From Eledone cirrhosa (taxonomy: Eukaryota), in contig OZ024753.1 in assembly GCA_964016885.1 (NCBI GenBank), forward strand, positions 2,108,001 to 2,172,000: DNA of 64,000 bases, in the 5' to 3' direction. The translations under genes and the position numbers were made by a program. The notes under the pieces are model-generated. The model saw nothing but the letters and a program-made list of their open reading frames with translations. It was not told the DNA's origin and made no database searches. Each line of letters opens with the position of its first letter. Positions within the stretch are counted from its first letter, which is position 1. Shown piece by piece: positions 1 through 13,050 of this stretch.

Positions 1-604
1 GGTTATCACATATTAGGGTTGTGTTGTGCCATTGTTGGTGGTGATGCTAGTTGTTACCACATGTTAGAGTAGTGTTATTGTTGCTATTGTCTTTGTTGTC
101 ATCATCGCCATCATTGAGAGCGGTGGTTACCACATGTTAGGGTTGTATTTTACTATATTGTTGTTGTTATTGTTGGTTGTTGCTATAGTTGTTGCTATAG
201 TTATTGTTAGCATTTAACTGTTTCATGGTTGTGTTTGCTTGTTTCTATGGTTCTAATGGACTGTTGCTTTTGTTCTAGGGGATTTTTATAATTCTGGTTG
301 ATTGTTGCTATAGCAGCTAGTTGTAAATAGAATGAAGGAACCAGAAAAGTGAGAAGAGCTGCTCTATCATCCTAGTTTGTAAATCCAATTACATGACATT
401 AACTCACACACACCTATATATATATAAATATAAATATAACCTTTACTAGCAGGGAAACGGATGTTAAAATGACAATGATGATGATATGTATATAGATATA
501 TATAACCCTTACAAGCAGGGAAAGCAGATGATAAAACAGCACATATGATGATGATGGTGACATACATATATATGGATGCTAAACGGTCGTGATGATGATG
601 ATGA

Positions 605-656
<52 letters not shown>

Positions 657-718
657 TATATATGTATATATATATATGTGTGTGTGTATGTGTGAGTTTG
701 TGAATATGTTTGTCTATA

Positions 719-749
<31 letters not shown>

Positions 750-1166
750 GATGATGTATGTGTGTGTGTGTATCTATACACACATACAAATTATATATAC
801 ATGGAGAGAGAGAGAGAGAGAGAGCAAGCATGAGCATCTGGAGTGCTGCAGGCATCTCTTCATAAATTTTGCACGGCACATGTAAAATCATGATAATATA
901 AACATAACGTTTTATTAAAATTGTGTAACATAATCTTACGGTCTCTGTTAATATGAACAAATTCATTTCTTTCTGTTTCTCATTGCTGCAGGCCACAATT
1001 TCTCAATAAAATTCTTATCATTGTAATATAAGGTGTATTCTGTACTACATATGATGTTGTTTGATAAATAAATCTTTTAGTGATGTGACTTGATGACCGA
1101 TGAAAAATATTATCCATTCCTGGTGTAGGTTTATAAGTACATGTGTGTGTGTGTGTGTATGTGTAT

Positions 1167-1330
1167 AGGTGGTGACTTGGCAGAGTTGTTAGAATGTCAG
1201 ATAGAATGCTTTGCAGTATTGGTTCCGGCTCACTGATCACTGAGCTCAAATCTCGCAGAGTTCAACTTCGCCTTTCATACTTTCGAGGTTGATAAAAAAA
1301 AAGTACCAGTCTAGTATTGGGGTCAATTCT
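1167..1330 (+). mobile_element. tRNA-derived SINE, diverged copy (family A)
   Basis: A-box-like TGGCAGAGTTGTT, B-box-like GAGCTCAAATC, and the central GCCTTTCAT..GAGGTTGATAAA..AGTACCAG domain shared with many copies in the window. Confidence 0.7.
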
Positions 1331-1438
1331 TCTTCTCTCTGGAAAAATCTGCTGTACTCAGGCCTGGAGAGGGGTGGGTTCTGCCAGGCTTAAAATGCCA
1401 GACCATACCATGTATGTTTTTATGCATGTATATATGTA

Positions 1439-1473
<35 letters not shown>

Positions 1474-1479
1474 ATATCG

Positions 1480-1945
1480 TAGGAGGAAAACTGGGAGAGG
1501 GTTCTTGCCCTAGTGGTCAGGGTGACTGTGGAATTTTTCCTTTGTTTTCATTTTTTGTTACATCCTTTGTTTTTATTTTTTTTAAATATATAATTTTGTT
1601 TTTTTATGGCAGAAATTCCCATTTGTTCCACCCTGTACCGTCCTATGCTGTCCTTAATCTTATACTTTGTTAACACTTGTGATTAATAAAGAAAGCATCT
1701 GAGAGAGGGCGCTTGCCCTGGTGGTCAGAGTGGCTGTTGTCTTTTGTGTGGTTTTCCGCACAAGTGACTGTCGGAGCTTTCCCCCTTTTTGGAGAATTTT
1801 TGTTGTTTGAATTTTTTAATTTCTTTTTACACGTTTCTGTCTTGTCATAACCTTTTTACACAGCCAAAACCCACTTTGTATTGTCCTATGTCGTCTGTAA
1901 TGTTTTTCTTCATGTTAGCCATTGTGGCTAATAAAGAAACAATTA
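1480..1945 (+). mobile_element. Two tandem LINE-like 3' ends (possibly L1/Tx1 type)
   Basis: Duplicated GAGAGGG..TTGCCC..GTGGTCAG.GTG.CTG segment at about 1495 and 1703. Each is followed by a T-rich tract and ends in AATAAAGAAA. The clade assignment is a guess. Confidence 0.35.
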
Positions 1946-2370
1946 TTTTTATTATTATTATTACTATTATTATTTATTGTTTTTTACCTGATCTTTAATT
2001 CTCTTCACAGCCATTCTATATTTCTTCAGTCTTATCCATCAATCTATGAAACTTTCTATCATTTCTGGTATTGTTTTTTTTTTTTATTTCATTATATCTT
2101 TTTTCCATGTCCTCCCTTTCTTCTTTTCTTTCTGCCTTCCTTTCAGCTTTTCAGTTTTTTCCTCACCGCTTTCCCCCTCTCCAAATCATCATTCTTTCAG
2201 TTTTTCATTTACACTTGCTGTGTCACCACAGTTAACATAATCAGCCATGAACCGATTCTTTTGATGCCATTCAACTTAACTTTGATATCCAGGTTTCTAT
2301 TTTCCAGGTTCTAGTTTTTGGTTTAAAAAAATACTTTTTTTTAAAATTGGCAAACTACTCATTTTTCTAC

Positions 2371-2424
<54 letters not shown>

Positions 2425-2444
2425 TGTATGTATGTATGTATGTA

Positions 2445-2703
2445 TGGCTTGATTTCTACAGCTGGATGCCCTTCCTAACACCAACCACAATTACAGTGAG
2501 TGCTGGGTGGTTTTTTGCCGTGGCGCTTCCACGACCACTTTGCAGTGGAATGATAGGGATCCCAGTTTACAGCTGAGTAAACTGGACCAATGTGAAATAA
2601 AGTGTCTTGCTCAAGGAAACAACACATCAGCCGGTCTGAGAATTGAACTCACAACCTTTTGATTGCAAAGCCAATGCTCTAACCACTAAGCCATGTGCCT
2701 CCA
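2445..2703 (-). mobile_element. tRNA-derived CORE-like composite SINE (family B)
   Basis: The minus strand has an A-box TGGCTTAGTGG, a B-box GAGTTCAATTC and a CCTTGAGCAAGACACTT CORE-like segment; highly similar to 11940-12220. Confidence 0.75.
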
Positions 2704-2884
2704 TGTGTGTGTGTGTATATATATATATATCCACACACACACACACATATATAAATGTGGGTATGTATATATATATATATATATATATATGCATACAATA
2801 TGTACATATACATGCATATATATTCACATAAATACATATATATATTCACATAAATACATATATATATATACATATATATGTATG

Positions 2885-2972
<88 letters not shown>

Positions 2973-4974
2973 CATACTGACAACTTACTCATATCTGTAT
3001 GGACACACACGCACTCACACACAGTTCGGAATATCTGTCTCTACCCAGGGTAGCTATCTTATTTTTTTTTTTTACTAATCAGGCAAAGCGTCTGAAAAGC
3101 TGTCTAATTTTAAATGAACTATTCATCTCTTTACATTCCTTCCTCTTAGACTTACTCTAAAGGACATATCTATTAACACACTGCACCATATTGTTGTTGT
3201 TATTACTGTTGTTGTTACTGTTGTTGTTATTACTACTTCTGTTGTCATAGCTACTGCTGTTGTTGCTGCTGTTGTTGTTGTTGTTCTTGCTGCTTTTGTT
3301 GTTGTTACTATTGTAAATAGTTATATATAAGAGATCCATGAAATATCATCAAAGTGAGTTAAACTTGAGGTGTTCTAGAGGCTGTTTAGTTTAATAATGC
3401 AGCATAATGCAGTGCAATGCAGCATAATGCAGTGTTATTTTCTATTATTGCAGTTAGTATGGTGAATTGTTAGAGCATTTTGTGATGATCTTGTGATATT
3501 TTACTTTATAATGCATCCTATACATCCTGTAATGTGGTTGGTAATCGGAACGGCACCCCATTGTAGAAATCATGCCAAGAAGGTTGAGAGGTCTCATTGG
3601 TTGTGGCAACCTCTCTAGTGTGAACTATACCCAGTACACCCTGTAAAGTGGTTGGTGACAGGAAGGGCATCTAGCCATAGAAAACCTGCCAAACAAAGAG
3701 CCGAAAAGACTCTTCAGCTTTGTCAAAGACATGTCAACTTTCCTAATGTTGGTGCCATGATAAAATGGACTCGGGATTGTGGGAGATTTTGCTGCTATGT
3801 CTAGCAGATCAAATGACTCCATAGAGGCTCCCTTATTGGTTAGTAGAGTTTTGTAGCTTAACTCTTAACATCTTTTAATGATTTTTAGTGAAAAGATCTA
3901 AAAACAGGTTTGTTAATTCAAATGTTTATGGTATTTGGACAGACCATTGTGAAAATTTGCAGTATTAGAGTAAAGATATTAATTTTTAATGTGATACAGC
4001 CATTGCTGTTTGACACAAACAATAATTTTCTAACTATTTCAGTTTACAACAGATTGTATAAATGAACCAACTAGAAGAGACAATACCATCAATTTTGTTC
4101 TGACAGATCTAACTGCAGAAATCACATTTTATACTGACCTTTGCTCAAACCAAGCATGATAATTGTAGCTAACATTGATATCTTTAAGATGTTTAACATT
4201 TAAGTTCTTCTTAAATTATGTTGGGGTTTCAGTAAATCATTTTGTTTTAATTTTTATTTTTATGATATCATTCTGTGATCAGTTCAAAAGTCACAGCAAA
4301 TTGTATTGATCTTATGGGCAGATGTGAAGCTTTACCAAAAAGACATTATCATCATCATCATTGTCACCATCCCCACACCACCATCATCATTATCATCATC
4401 ACCCCCACCACTACTACCACTACCACCATTATCATCATCATCATCACTACCATCACCACAAATACCACTATCATCATTAACATCATCACTAACAGCATCA
4501 TCTCCATCATCATCACCAGCATCACCACCACACATAGGATTATATAGCTATCTTATAAAACATAAATTCAATAGCATCAAATTCTTGACATTGAGAGATG
4601 CCAATGATGATGATGATGATGACAATGATATTGATAATACTTCAGGGAACAGATGAAGGTTTATAAAGCAAAGCTGAGCTTAAGTCAAGTAGAGAAGCTG
4701 GTAAAAATATATTTAAGACCGGTTAAAGTAAAGATCTGACAAGAAAAAAGAAAACCTTCAGCAACAAGAAGTGGTAGTGTATTGTAAACTTTGTCTTTTC
4801 TTATAGAATAAAAGGCCTTCCTCATTCCTCACATAGTAATTAGTCAGTCAAGCTCCCACAGCTGGTGCAGTCAGTTGTTGGAGTGCCACTATATACACAT
4901 GAAAGTGTGACCATCATGGGATTTTAGTCAGTCTTCCTTAGAAACACTTGTTTCACTTTCCTGTGAAGTAGTTA

Positions 4975-5202
4975 TTAACCCCTTAATGTTCAAACTGGTC
5001 AAAACCGGCCAGAATTCTCTACCTCTTTCTGTTGAAACTGACTGTAACTGGTCACCCAAACTGATGTTAAGGTATTGTTCTCAAAATAAATACTTTCAAA
5101 ATCTCATAGATTCGATATTATGTGAGATAATTATGTGAGGTAAAGCCTTTACCATGAAAATATAATAGTATATATAGAGTAATGTGAATGCTAAAGGGTT
5201 AA
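4975..5202. mobile_element. piggyBac-type MITE (family M1)
   Basis: TTAA at both ends; TIRs TTAACCCCTTAATGTTCA / TGAATGCTAAAGGGTTAA; second copy at 49319-49534. Confidence 0.8.
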
Positions 5203-5213
5203 GGGAAAAGTCT

Positions 5214-5362
5214 CCCAGAGGCAGACATGAGAGTCAGGTGAGGTCCAGTGTACTCATCCAGCCCCCAGAGTCAGGCGTGAGAGGCAGGTGAGATCCAGTG
5301 TACTTGTCCAGCACCCAGAGCCAAACATGAGAGTCAGGTGAGACTCAGTGTACTCATTCAGC
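5214..5362. repeat. 50-bp minisatellite, 3 copies
   Basis: CCCAGAG..CATGAGAGTCAGGTGAG..CCAGTGTACTCATCCAGC units start at 5214, 5264 and 5314. Confidence 0.85.
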
Positions 5363-5642
5363 CTAAATTATGCTGTTGCCAGACAGTAAAGTACTCTCTC
5401 TATTTGAACACATCAGATAAGGTTTCTTTAAATCCTGGATAATGGTATGATCAGTATTACAGTAATGTTTCTTTGAAAGAATTCCCTCTACTGTCCAGTA
5501 TTAAAATGTTTCTTTAAAACTCTACTTTCAGAGACATTACATAACAAATACACTGTATCCAAAGGATAGCTCACAGGAGCATTGTAGTTGACAGAGGTGA
5601 TGCTGCCAAAATAAAAGCTTGTCATCAACAGCTTATATCATA

Positions 5643-6623
5643 CTAGCAACAGGACCTGGCATTGCACGGGGTAGAAAATGTGAAATAGAAACACGCATAT
5701 GCAAAGATTGAGGAATATGCAAAGACACGTCAGTCTAAAGGAGCGACGTAGTCAATTGTGTGAAAACCAAGTAGGGATGTATGTTTAAGTAGGGATATTG
5801 AGATGACGAAATCAGCGTGGCAATGCAGCTGCAGCAGAAGGGGTCATAGTGCAATTAGCACAAACGCTGGGCGGCACTGGTTGCACTGCGTTTACACAAC
5901 AACAAAGGTGCAACAAAAGGGGTCACCGTGGAATTAATATAACTGCTGTTCGGTATACTTGTGCAGGGCATTCATACTGCAGTGTAGGTGCAACAAAAGG
6001 GGTCTTAGTAGAAGTAGCACAGATGTGAGTTTTACAGTGTCAATAACACGGCAACGTACTCAGGGCCTGGATTTGCGTGTGATGACAGCACGAAGCGTCA
6101 AAAGAGTACTGACAAAAATTTTAATGTTCTCCTCTTTTCCTCAATCCCCCGAAAATGGTCCTGCTTAAAAGTAAGTAAGTGTTGTGTCCTCTGTTAAATA
6201 AACCAAATTTTTAACAAAATATTATACACTACTTAGGATCTTTAAGTAGTGTATATATTGAAAATGAAAATGGCATGTAATGCCCAATGCTAATTCGTAA
6301 ATTTCCTAGAAACCATTAATGGAATCGAAAAATCTTTTGTCCACAGCAATGTGAGGGGACTAACTAATGTGTGCTGCAAATTTCAAGGAAATCGGCTGGA
6401 TTATCTTTAAGTTCCGCCTTGAAAAAGCCTAAAAATGCCTAAAAAATGCGGTTTTTAACCTAATGCAGGCCCTAGGCAGAAAAAGTTAAAATTTATTTAG
6501 CCTATTGCACTTCAAGAAATATAAGTAACGCATATGTAAAGTTTGAAAAAAATCGGTCGGGTACTTCTCGAATTTTAGGGGTTTACACAGACAGACAAAC
6601 ATCCTCTGTTTTATATATATAGA
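5643..6623 (-). mobile_element. Non-autonomous Helitron (Lep1-like architecture)
   Basis: The minus strand begins A|TCTATATATATAAAAC followed by GTCTGTCTGT and ends CCCCGTGCAATGCCAGG (hairpin)..CTAG|T. It sits between A and T with no TSD. Confidence 0.75.
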
Positions 6624-6646
6624 TGATACTGCCACAACAGATGTCT

Positions 6647-6890
6647 TTAACTATTTTAACACCAAATTGCCTGATACTGTTTCTTGTTCTATAATACAAA
6701 CTTGTTTATCTGAAAGTGTTTATATTTATCTAAAACCCTTCAATCATAATTTTATTTAAGAACTTTTAATTATGTTCCAATCAACAGCTTTATAAGAAAA
6801 GGAGTTACATTACAAAACCCTTGCAATTTCTTGATTATTTTCAAAATTACATGCAGTGTTTTCATTAGAAATATGTCAAAGAAAGGGATA
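6647..6890. mobile_element. piggyBac-type MITE (family M2), diverged
   Basis: Homologous to 31063-31302, 21082-21495, 26382-26628 and 63054-63515; starts with TTAA. Confidence 0.6.
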
Positions 6891-7296
6891 TACTGTACAC
6901 AAGCTACAGCACATCAAACCTCAGAGTAATGCTGCTACCACAGTCTGAAAAAACAGCATTTTATAAGGGCTAGTACATTCATTGTTACACATGGCCAAGA
7001 TCCTCACTTTTGGCAGTAGCTATTTGCATTTAACTATAAAACTATAACCATATAGAGCCATAATTAACTATAGCTTTATAGAATCATATTGGCAGCAGAT
7101 TACAAACTTTTGAAAGCTGAGTGTACATGCACTTCTTATCATTCTTGTCATTGGGAATCTAGTCAATTTGCATTCGACCCATTGGAACCTTATTTCAGCA
7201 CAAATATTCAATGGCAGTACAGTTCACAAAACCACGCAATATTAAAAAAAAAGAACTATCCGTTAGTAACATCATCCTATCTCTGTCTTTGCCTGT

Positions 7297-7395
<99 letters not shown>

Positions 7396-7483
7396 ATAAA
7401 AAATATCAGCTATTGTGCTTTTTTTATATTGCTTTCTGGAAAACTATTCTTAATTATAATCCCCATCTACACATATATATATG

Positions 7484-7515
<32 letters not shown>

Positions 7516-8354
7516 CATGTGCATATACATATATGTGTATGGGTTTATATGCATACATGTACATATACAAATATGAAATAGTGAACAATATCTTGGAAGA
7601 GGTTCTGTTTTAGTTAGAAATAAGCGAATTCAATTTCATTTACCTCTAGACTGGAACTGACAGGTATGATTCTTAGACTAAAGATGAAAGTTAAAAATCT
7701 GTCAAAATTTGTATGTGTATCTGTGCTTATGTTTATATATACATACATATGTGTGTGTGCGTGTATATATATATATATATATACACATGTGTGTGTGTCT
7801 GTACTTTTGGTGTTTGGTAAGGAAAACTGTAGAAAACTTTCCAGTTGAGTTGGGTCTAATATATGATGACCTCTGTAGTGCTAGTGGTTCGATGAAATGC
7901 ACCCAGTGTACATTGTAATGTGTTGAATGTATATAAGAAAGATGTGAGTCCTGGCAGGTCTGAGAGATCAGTAGCTCTGATTAAGTAGTGATCTGCTCTG
8001 TGATGACATATCCAACCTTTGGAGACAAGGAAAACAGTCATTACATGATGGTGATGATAAGGGTGTATATCATTGTCATCATTTAACGTCTACTTTCCCT
8101 TCTGAGACTTCATAAATTGTTGTTTTATTATTGTATGAAGTTTTAGCTTCAAATAACATCGAACATATTCCATTGTATATTCTGTATCTTATCTTATCTA
8201 TCTGCTTATATGTCTGCTATCTGCCCATATGTCTGCTATCTGACTGTCTGTCTGTCTATTGTCTATTTACCTGTATATATATATATCATCATCATTGTTT
8301 AACATCAATTATTCCATGCTGGCATGGGTTAAATGAGTTACCCTGTTGTGAACA

Positions 8355-8860
8355 ATGCTAGGTCAGGATGGAAAAAGATTAGGGAGCTACTATCTCTATT
8401 GATAGCAAAGTGTTTCTCCCTACAAATGAAAGGTTGACTGCATGATGCCTGTGTGAAGTGCAATGCTGTATGGTAGTGAGACATGGGCAGTGAAAGCAGA
8501 GGATATGTGGTGGCTTGAGAGAAATGAAGCAAATATAGTTTGCTGGATGTGCATGACAAATGTATGGCTGAACTGAAGAGAAAATGTGTACAAGAGGAAT
8601 CAGGTGTAGCTTGCAAGAGAGAAGACTACACTGGTATAGATATGTGAGGTGCATGGATGATGATCACTGGGTATAAAAGTGCCAAGAAATCCCAGTGGAA
8701 GGAAACCTTGGAAGAGGTGGTGAGAGCTGATTCTCAAATTGCTGAAGCTCACAGAGGAGATGATGAAGAAACATGAGTGGAGAGATGTTGTACTGAACAA
8801 CACCTGTCCAACCCATACAAGCATGGAACAGCAGACGTAAAATGATGATGATGATGATGA
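8355..8860 (+). mobile_element. RTE-clade LINE 3' fragment, degenerate
   Basis: Translates with stops and frameshifts to KG*LHDACV..AMLYGSETWAVK..ERNE and ERRLHWY. It ends in CCAACCCAT.CAAGCATGGAA..GACGTAAAA(TGA)n. Confidence 0.85.
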
Positions 8861-10150
8861 CATATATAATTATTTAATTCTTTGGTTCCTCTCTTCATTT
8901 GTATGTCTATCTTAACACATGTACAAACACACCCATACACACATCCCCCAACACAGGCACACATGCTCTAACCCTTACACATACAAACACAGAAGCAGTC
9001 ACTCTATCCATCCCAAGATTATGTAAATTACAGTAACTGACTGTTAGTCATCTCCTTTTACCGAAATAATATTCCAAGTTAATGAAACCAGTATTTATCA
9101 TGATCACATTTTGTTTTAAGCATCAGCTGCCACTTGGGAAATAAAGAAAGCCAGAATCGTAATTTCATCTCTTTCAATACTCTCAGATCTTCTTTTGGTG
9201 CTCGCTTCAATGGAATTTGTAGCATCTCACTGCATGCTCCATGGCCACAACTGATATTAGTACCAACTTCTCTATCATTTATTTTTTTGCTCGTTCTCAA
9301 GATAACTTTGGAATTTTACAAGGTTTTTCTTTGCTCTCTCATATTATTCTTTTATTTTTTTACCAAGTTCTTTAAATGTTTTGTCAGTAGATGAAAGACT
9401 GAAGATATTTTTAAAAGTATTTTTCCATTTATTTATTCTTAGTTATTGAAATATTTATTCTTGGATCAGTCGTCTTGCTTTTGCTTTTCTTCTTTGATCC
9501 TTGATCTGTTAATCATGTGAATTAAGCCTTTTAGTAAGGCCAAACCTAGTTACACGTTAGGGTTATGAGCAGTGTTTTGTACAATTAATATAACTTATGG
9601 TGGCAGGCAGTCTTCTGTGAATTGTGAGCTGGCAAAATAAATGAATATTTACCAAATAGTTTTTGTGGAGTAGGGGAGTTGGGGAGAATAATTAATATGT
9701 ATAATATGCCAGTGGACTGTGGCATAAAAACTATGACAGTTTATCAGTTATAGAGAATGTTTTACAGTTGGAAAAACAAAATGTCTTTAACCATAATGTT
9801 TACTACAAGTACATATGTACACCATATTGCATGATTTATTTTTAAAAGGTAAAGAAAAAATGTTATGTGCATTTTATATATCATCATCATCATCACAATC
9901 TATCTTATGGTTTAACACTACTACCTGTCTACCTTTAGTGGGTTCCACTCTGTTGCAAACATTGAAGGAAAGTCTCTGGTTTGAAGATAACTTCTTTTTT
10001 CTTACCCCACCCCACATCAGTAATTTCAGTAATCTTGTAAGCCCTGAAGAGAATCAAACTAAAAAAAGAAATTGATGTTACGATTTTATTTGCTTGCAAA
10101 GCACATATTCTTTCATTCTTTATTAAAAAAAAAATGTTATATTCTTTCAG

Positions 10151-10240
10151 GACTCTGTAAACACTTTAACAAGAGAAACAAAACATATTACAAATGAACA
10201 AGGGGATAGCAGTAAAAATATATCATCTAGAATAATCCGG
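10151..10240 (+). CDS. NPHP4: Nephrocystin-4 internal coding exon (poorly conserved linker, DSVNTLTRETKHITNEQGDSSKNISSRIIR)
   Basis: attctttcag| acceptor and |gtgagt donor; 90 nt, phase 0-0, open, and joins in frame to the next exon. Sequence similarity itself is weak, so support comes from splice sites and phase. Confidence 0.7.
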
Positions 10241-10321
10241 GTGAGTAAAAACTGATATCTCTTCATGAATACAGGAAATTTTAAGTTGCTATATTTTCAA
10301 ATCAAAATTCTGTAAATAAGT

Positions 10322-10580
10322 GGAAGTGCATGGCCTAGTGTTAAGGGTGTTGGACTTATGATCATAATATTGTGGGTTCAATTCCTGGACTGGGTTGTGT
10401 GTTGTGGTCTTGAGCAAAATATTTCATTTCACATTGCTACAGTACACTCAGCTGAAGATGAGTAACAGCAGTAGCTAGGAGTTTAACCCTGCGATGGACT
10501 GGCATCCTGTCCAATAGGGAGTCTTGTATTCTCAGTTGCTTCATGCCACAGAAACTGAGATAAGCACTGACCTGATAAGA
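10322..10580 (+). mobile_element. tRNA-derived CORE-like SINE (family B-related)
   Basis: TGGCCTAGTG A-box, GGGTTCAATTCC B-box, and TCTTGAGCAA..TTTCACATTGCT..ACTCAGCTG domain. Confidence 0.7.
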
Positions 10581-11476
10581 ACTACAGACGCAAGTTTGAA
10601 GTATAGGGTAGAAGTGGTGAGAACTGATCTCAAATCATAGAAGCTCACAGAGGAGATGATGAAGGAACACAAGAGATAAAGGGAAGCTATATAGGAAAAG
10701 ACCCATCCAACCCATGCAAGTATGGAAAAATAAATGTAAAAGAAGGTGATGGTGATAATGGTGGTGATATCACACTTCTCTACAATAAAATGCTATATTA
10801 GTTAGTGGCTTGTTGGTGTTGTTTTGCACGACATTCTGTCATTGATGTTTTCTATAATGAATATTATCTTATATTTGTTTATCTTTCGTGTTCCATCCAT
10901 TAGTCTTTTTCTCACTGAGATCTCCACAGCTATTTTAACACTGATTTCAATAATGTAACCAGGTGAGATTAAATTAAAATAAAAGTATTCAGAATAGAAA
11001 GAACCAGGTGAGAGTACATCAAATGAAAGTTTCAATAATATAAACCAAAACAAAATAAAAAAAAAAATCAAAATCTTCCCTTAAAACAACAACAATGGCA
11101 ACAATAACAATAACAGCAATTGTAACAATGTAGCAAAAGCTGCAAAACAGATTAACTATCTAAACTTCGAAAGAAATAACAGACTAACAGACAAACTTAC
11201 AAAGGATGATAAATTATGGAGACAGATCTCAGAAGATATATATATATATATATGTACCCCTAATTTACTTAAGTTGGATATTTGCTCAGAAGTTTAATTA
11301 ACAGTTCCACAATGGCATGTCATGCCATTGACACCTGTCTCTGATGATTACAAACACAATAGTAGCAGCAGACAACCCAAATATATTTTCAAAGTTTTAC
11401 CTTAGCTTTACTGCACATCATTAATGGTGGAAATTTGTACATATCTATTTAACAGTGTGATGCAGTATGATGGAAA

Positions 11477-11518
<42 letters not shown>

Positions 11519-11879
11519 CATCATCATCGTTTAACGTCTATCTCCCACGCTAGTATGGGTTTATATATATATATAACAAATGTGTACATATATATATACA
11601 TATATATATATATATGAAAAGATTAAGGACCCCAACGGCTGAAATCCAGATGTTTCAACAGCTATATATATGTATATATATATATATATTTGTGTGTGGG
11701 CGTCCATACACACACATATATATATCATCATCATTATCATCGTTTTTACCATGACTTTTCATGCTGGCATGGGCTGGACGGGTCTTTTTGAGGCATTGCT
11801 TTTCAGCTGGATTTCCTTCCTCACACACTAACCATCTTACTCTGTTCTTACATCATGAAGGATATATATATATATATAT

Positions 11880-12219
11880 ATCATCATTTCATTTTACGTC
11901 CACTTTTCCCTGCTTGCAAAGGTGGGACGGGAACTGATTCTGGCTTGATTTCTACAGCTGGATGCCCTTCCTAACATCAACCTCATTTACAGTGAGTGCT
12001 GGGTGCTTTTTTTTTCCATGGCGCCTACACGACCCCTTTGCAGTGGAATGATAGGGACCCCAGTCCCTATCATCTCATTTCTACAGCTGAGTAAACTGGA
12101 GCAATGTGAAATAAAGCGTCTTGCTCAAGGAAACAACACATCAGCCGGTCTGAGAATTGAACTCACAACCTTTCGATTGCAAGGCCAGTGCTCTACTAAC
12201 CATTAAGTTATGTGCCTCC

Positions 12220-12220
<1 letters not shown>
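11880..12220 (-). mobile_element. Full-length composite SINE: tRNA head + CORE-like domain + AGGAAGGGCATCCAGC domain + RTE 3' tail
   Basis: All four modules are visible in order on the minus strand, flanked by (TA)n on both sides. Confidence 0.75.
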
Positions 12221-12258
<38 letters not shown>

Positions 12259-12819
12259 GTCTACCTACATGGTGCTTTATTTCATCAACTCTAAAATTTC
12301 ATGCGAACATAGGAAATGTGGATGTAAAATAATGATGATGGTATGTATTTATGTTTGTGTATGTGTTTGTGTGTATGCACATATGCATTCACATACATAC
12401 ATACATGCATATACATACATATTCATACATATGTATATACATACATACTGACATATGTACATACATATATGCACTCATACACACATCTATACAATGGTTT
12501 GCATGTGATAAAATCACATTTGAGTTGATGCACATCCAAAGAATATAGTAACTAACAAGATATGAAATAAGGAATTATAAAGTTAATTCTAAAAATATCA
12601 AGAAATAACAGGATGAGAAGAATAAGTAAACTAAATAAGATTTATTAACAGATTAACTATACAAAGCTTTCCAATTATTGAAAATATTACATTATAAATA
12701 GAGATACATTTATGTATATATTGTTATATGCATCTATATATATCATCATCATCATCGATTAACGTCTATTTTCCCCTCTAGCATGGGTTAGACGGGTTTG
12801 TCCCATTTGTCCCATTCAG

Positions 12820-13050
12820 GATTAGAGAAGAAATTTCAGACATGGAGGCCCAACTTGAAAATAAAAGGCCTTAGTCAACCTGGTTAAGACCAAAATCCTT
12901 GTGTGCAGAAAAGGAAATAGTGCTTTAATATCCTCTGGGAAATGGGCCTCCTTGGTATACATGAAAGGAGTAGGCAGAAACTCAAACCATTGTCTCAAAG
13001 GTACACATCGACTGATTAGCCTAATTTGCTTACCAATATCAGTCATCAAA
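12820..13050 (+). mobile_element. RTE-clade LINE reverse transcriptase fragment
   Basis: Frameshifted LEKKFQTW..KGL.VNLVKTKILV..SGKW..KGVGRNS matches the RTE RT downstream region. Confidence 0.7.

Noticed and set aside
2640-2703. tRNA gene-like A/B boxes (also 10322-10392 and other SINE heads)
   Set aside because: No complete cloverleaf; they continue directly into SINE bodies.
4030-4160. FSLQQIV/NEPTRRDNTINFVLTD, resembling a CR1/L2 endonuclease motif
   Set aside because: Short and frameshifted; too weak to annotate without a search, and not an NPHP4 exon.
4340-4535. His/Thr/Ser-rich ORFs
   Set aside because: (CAT/CAC)n low-complexity repeat.
7613-7663. Possible upstream NPHP4 exon ending CAG|GTATGA
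   Set aside because: Stops in all frames from the nearest good acceptor and no NPHP4 similarity.
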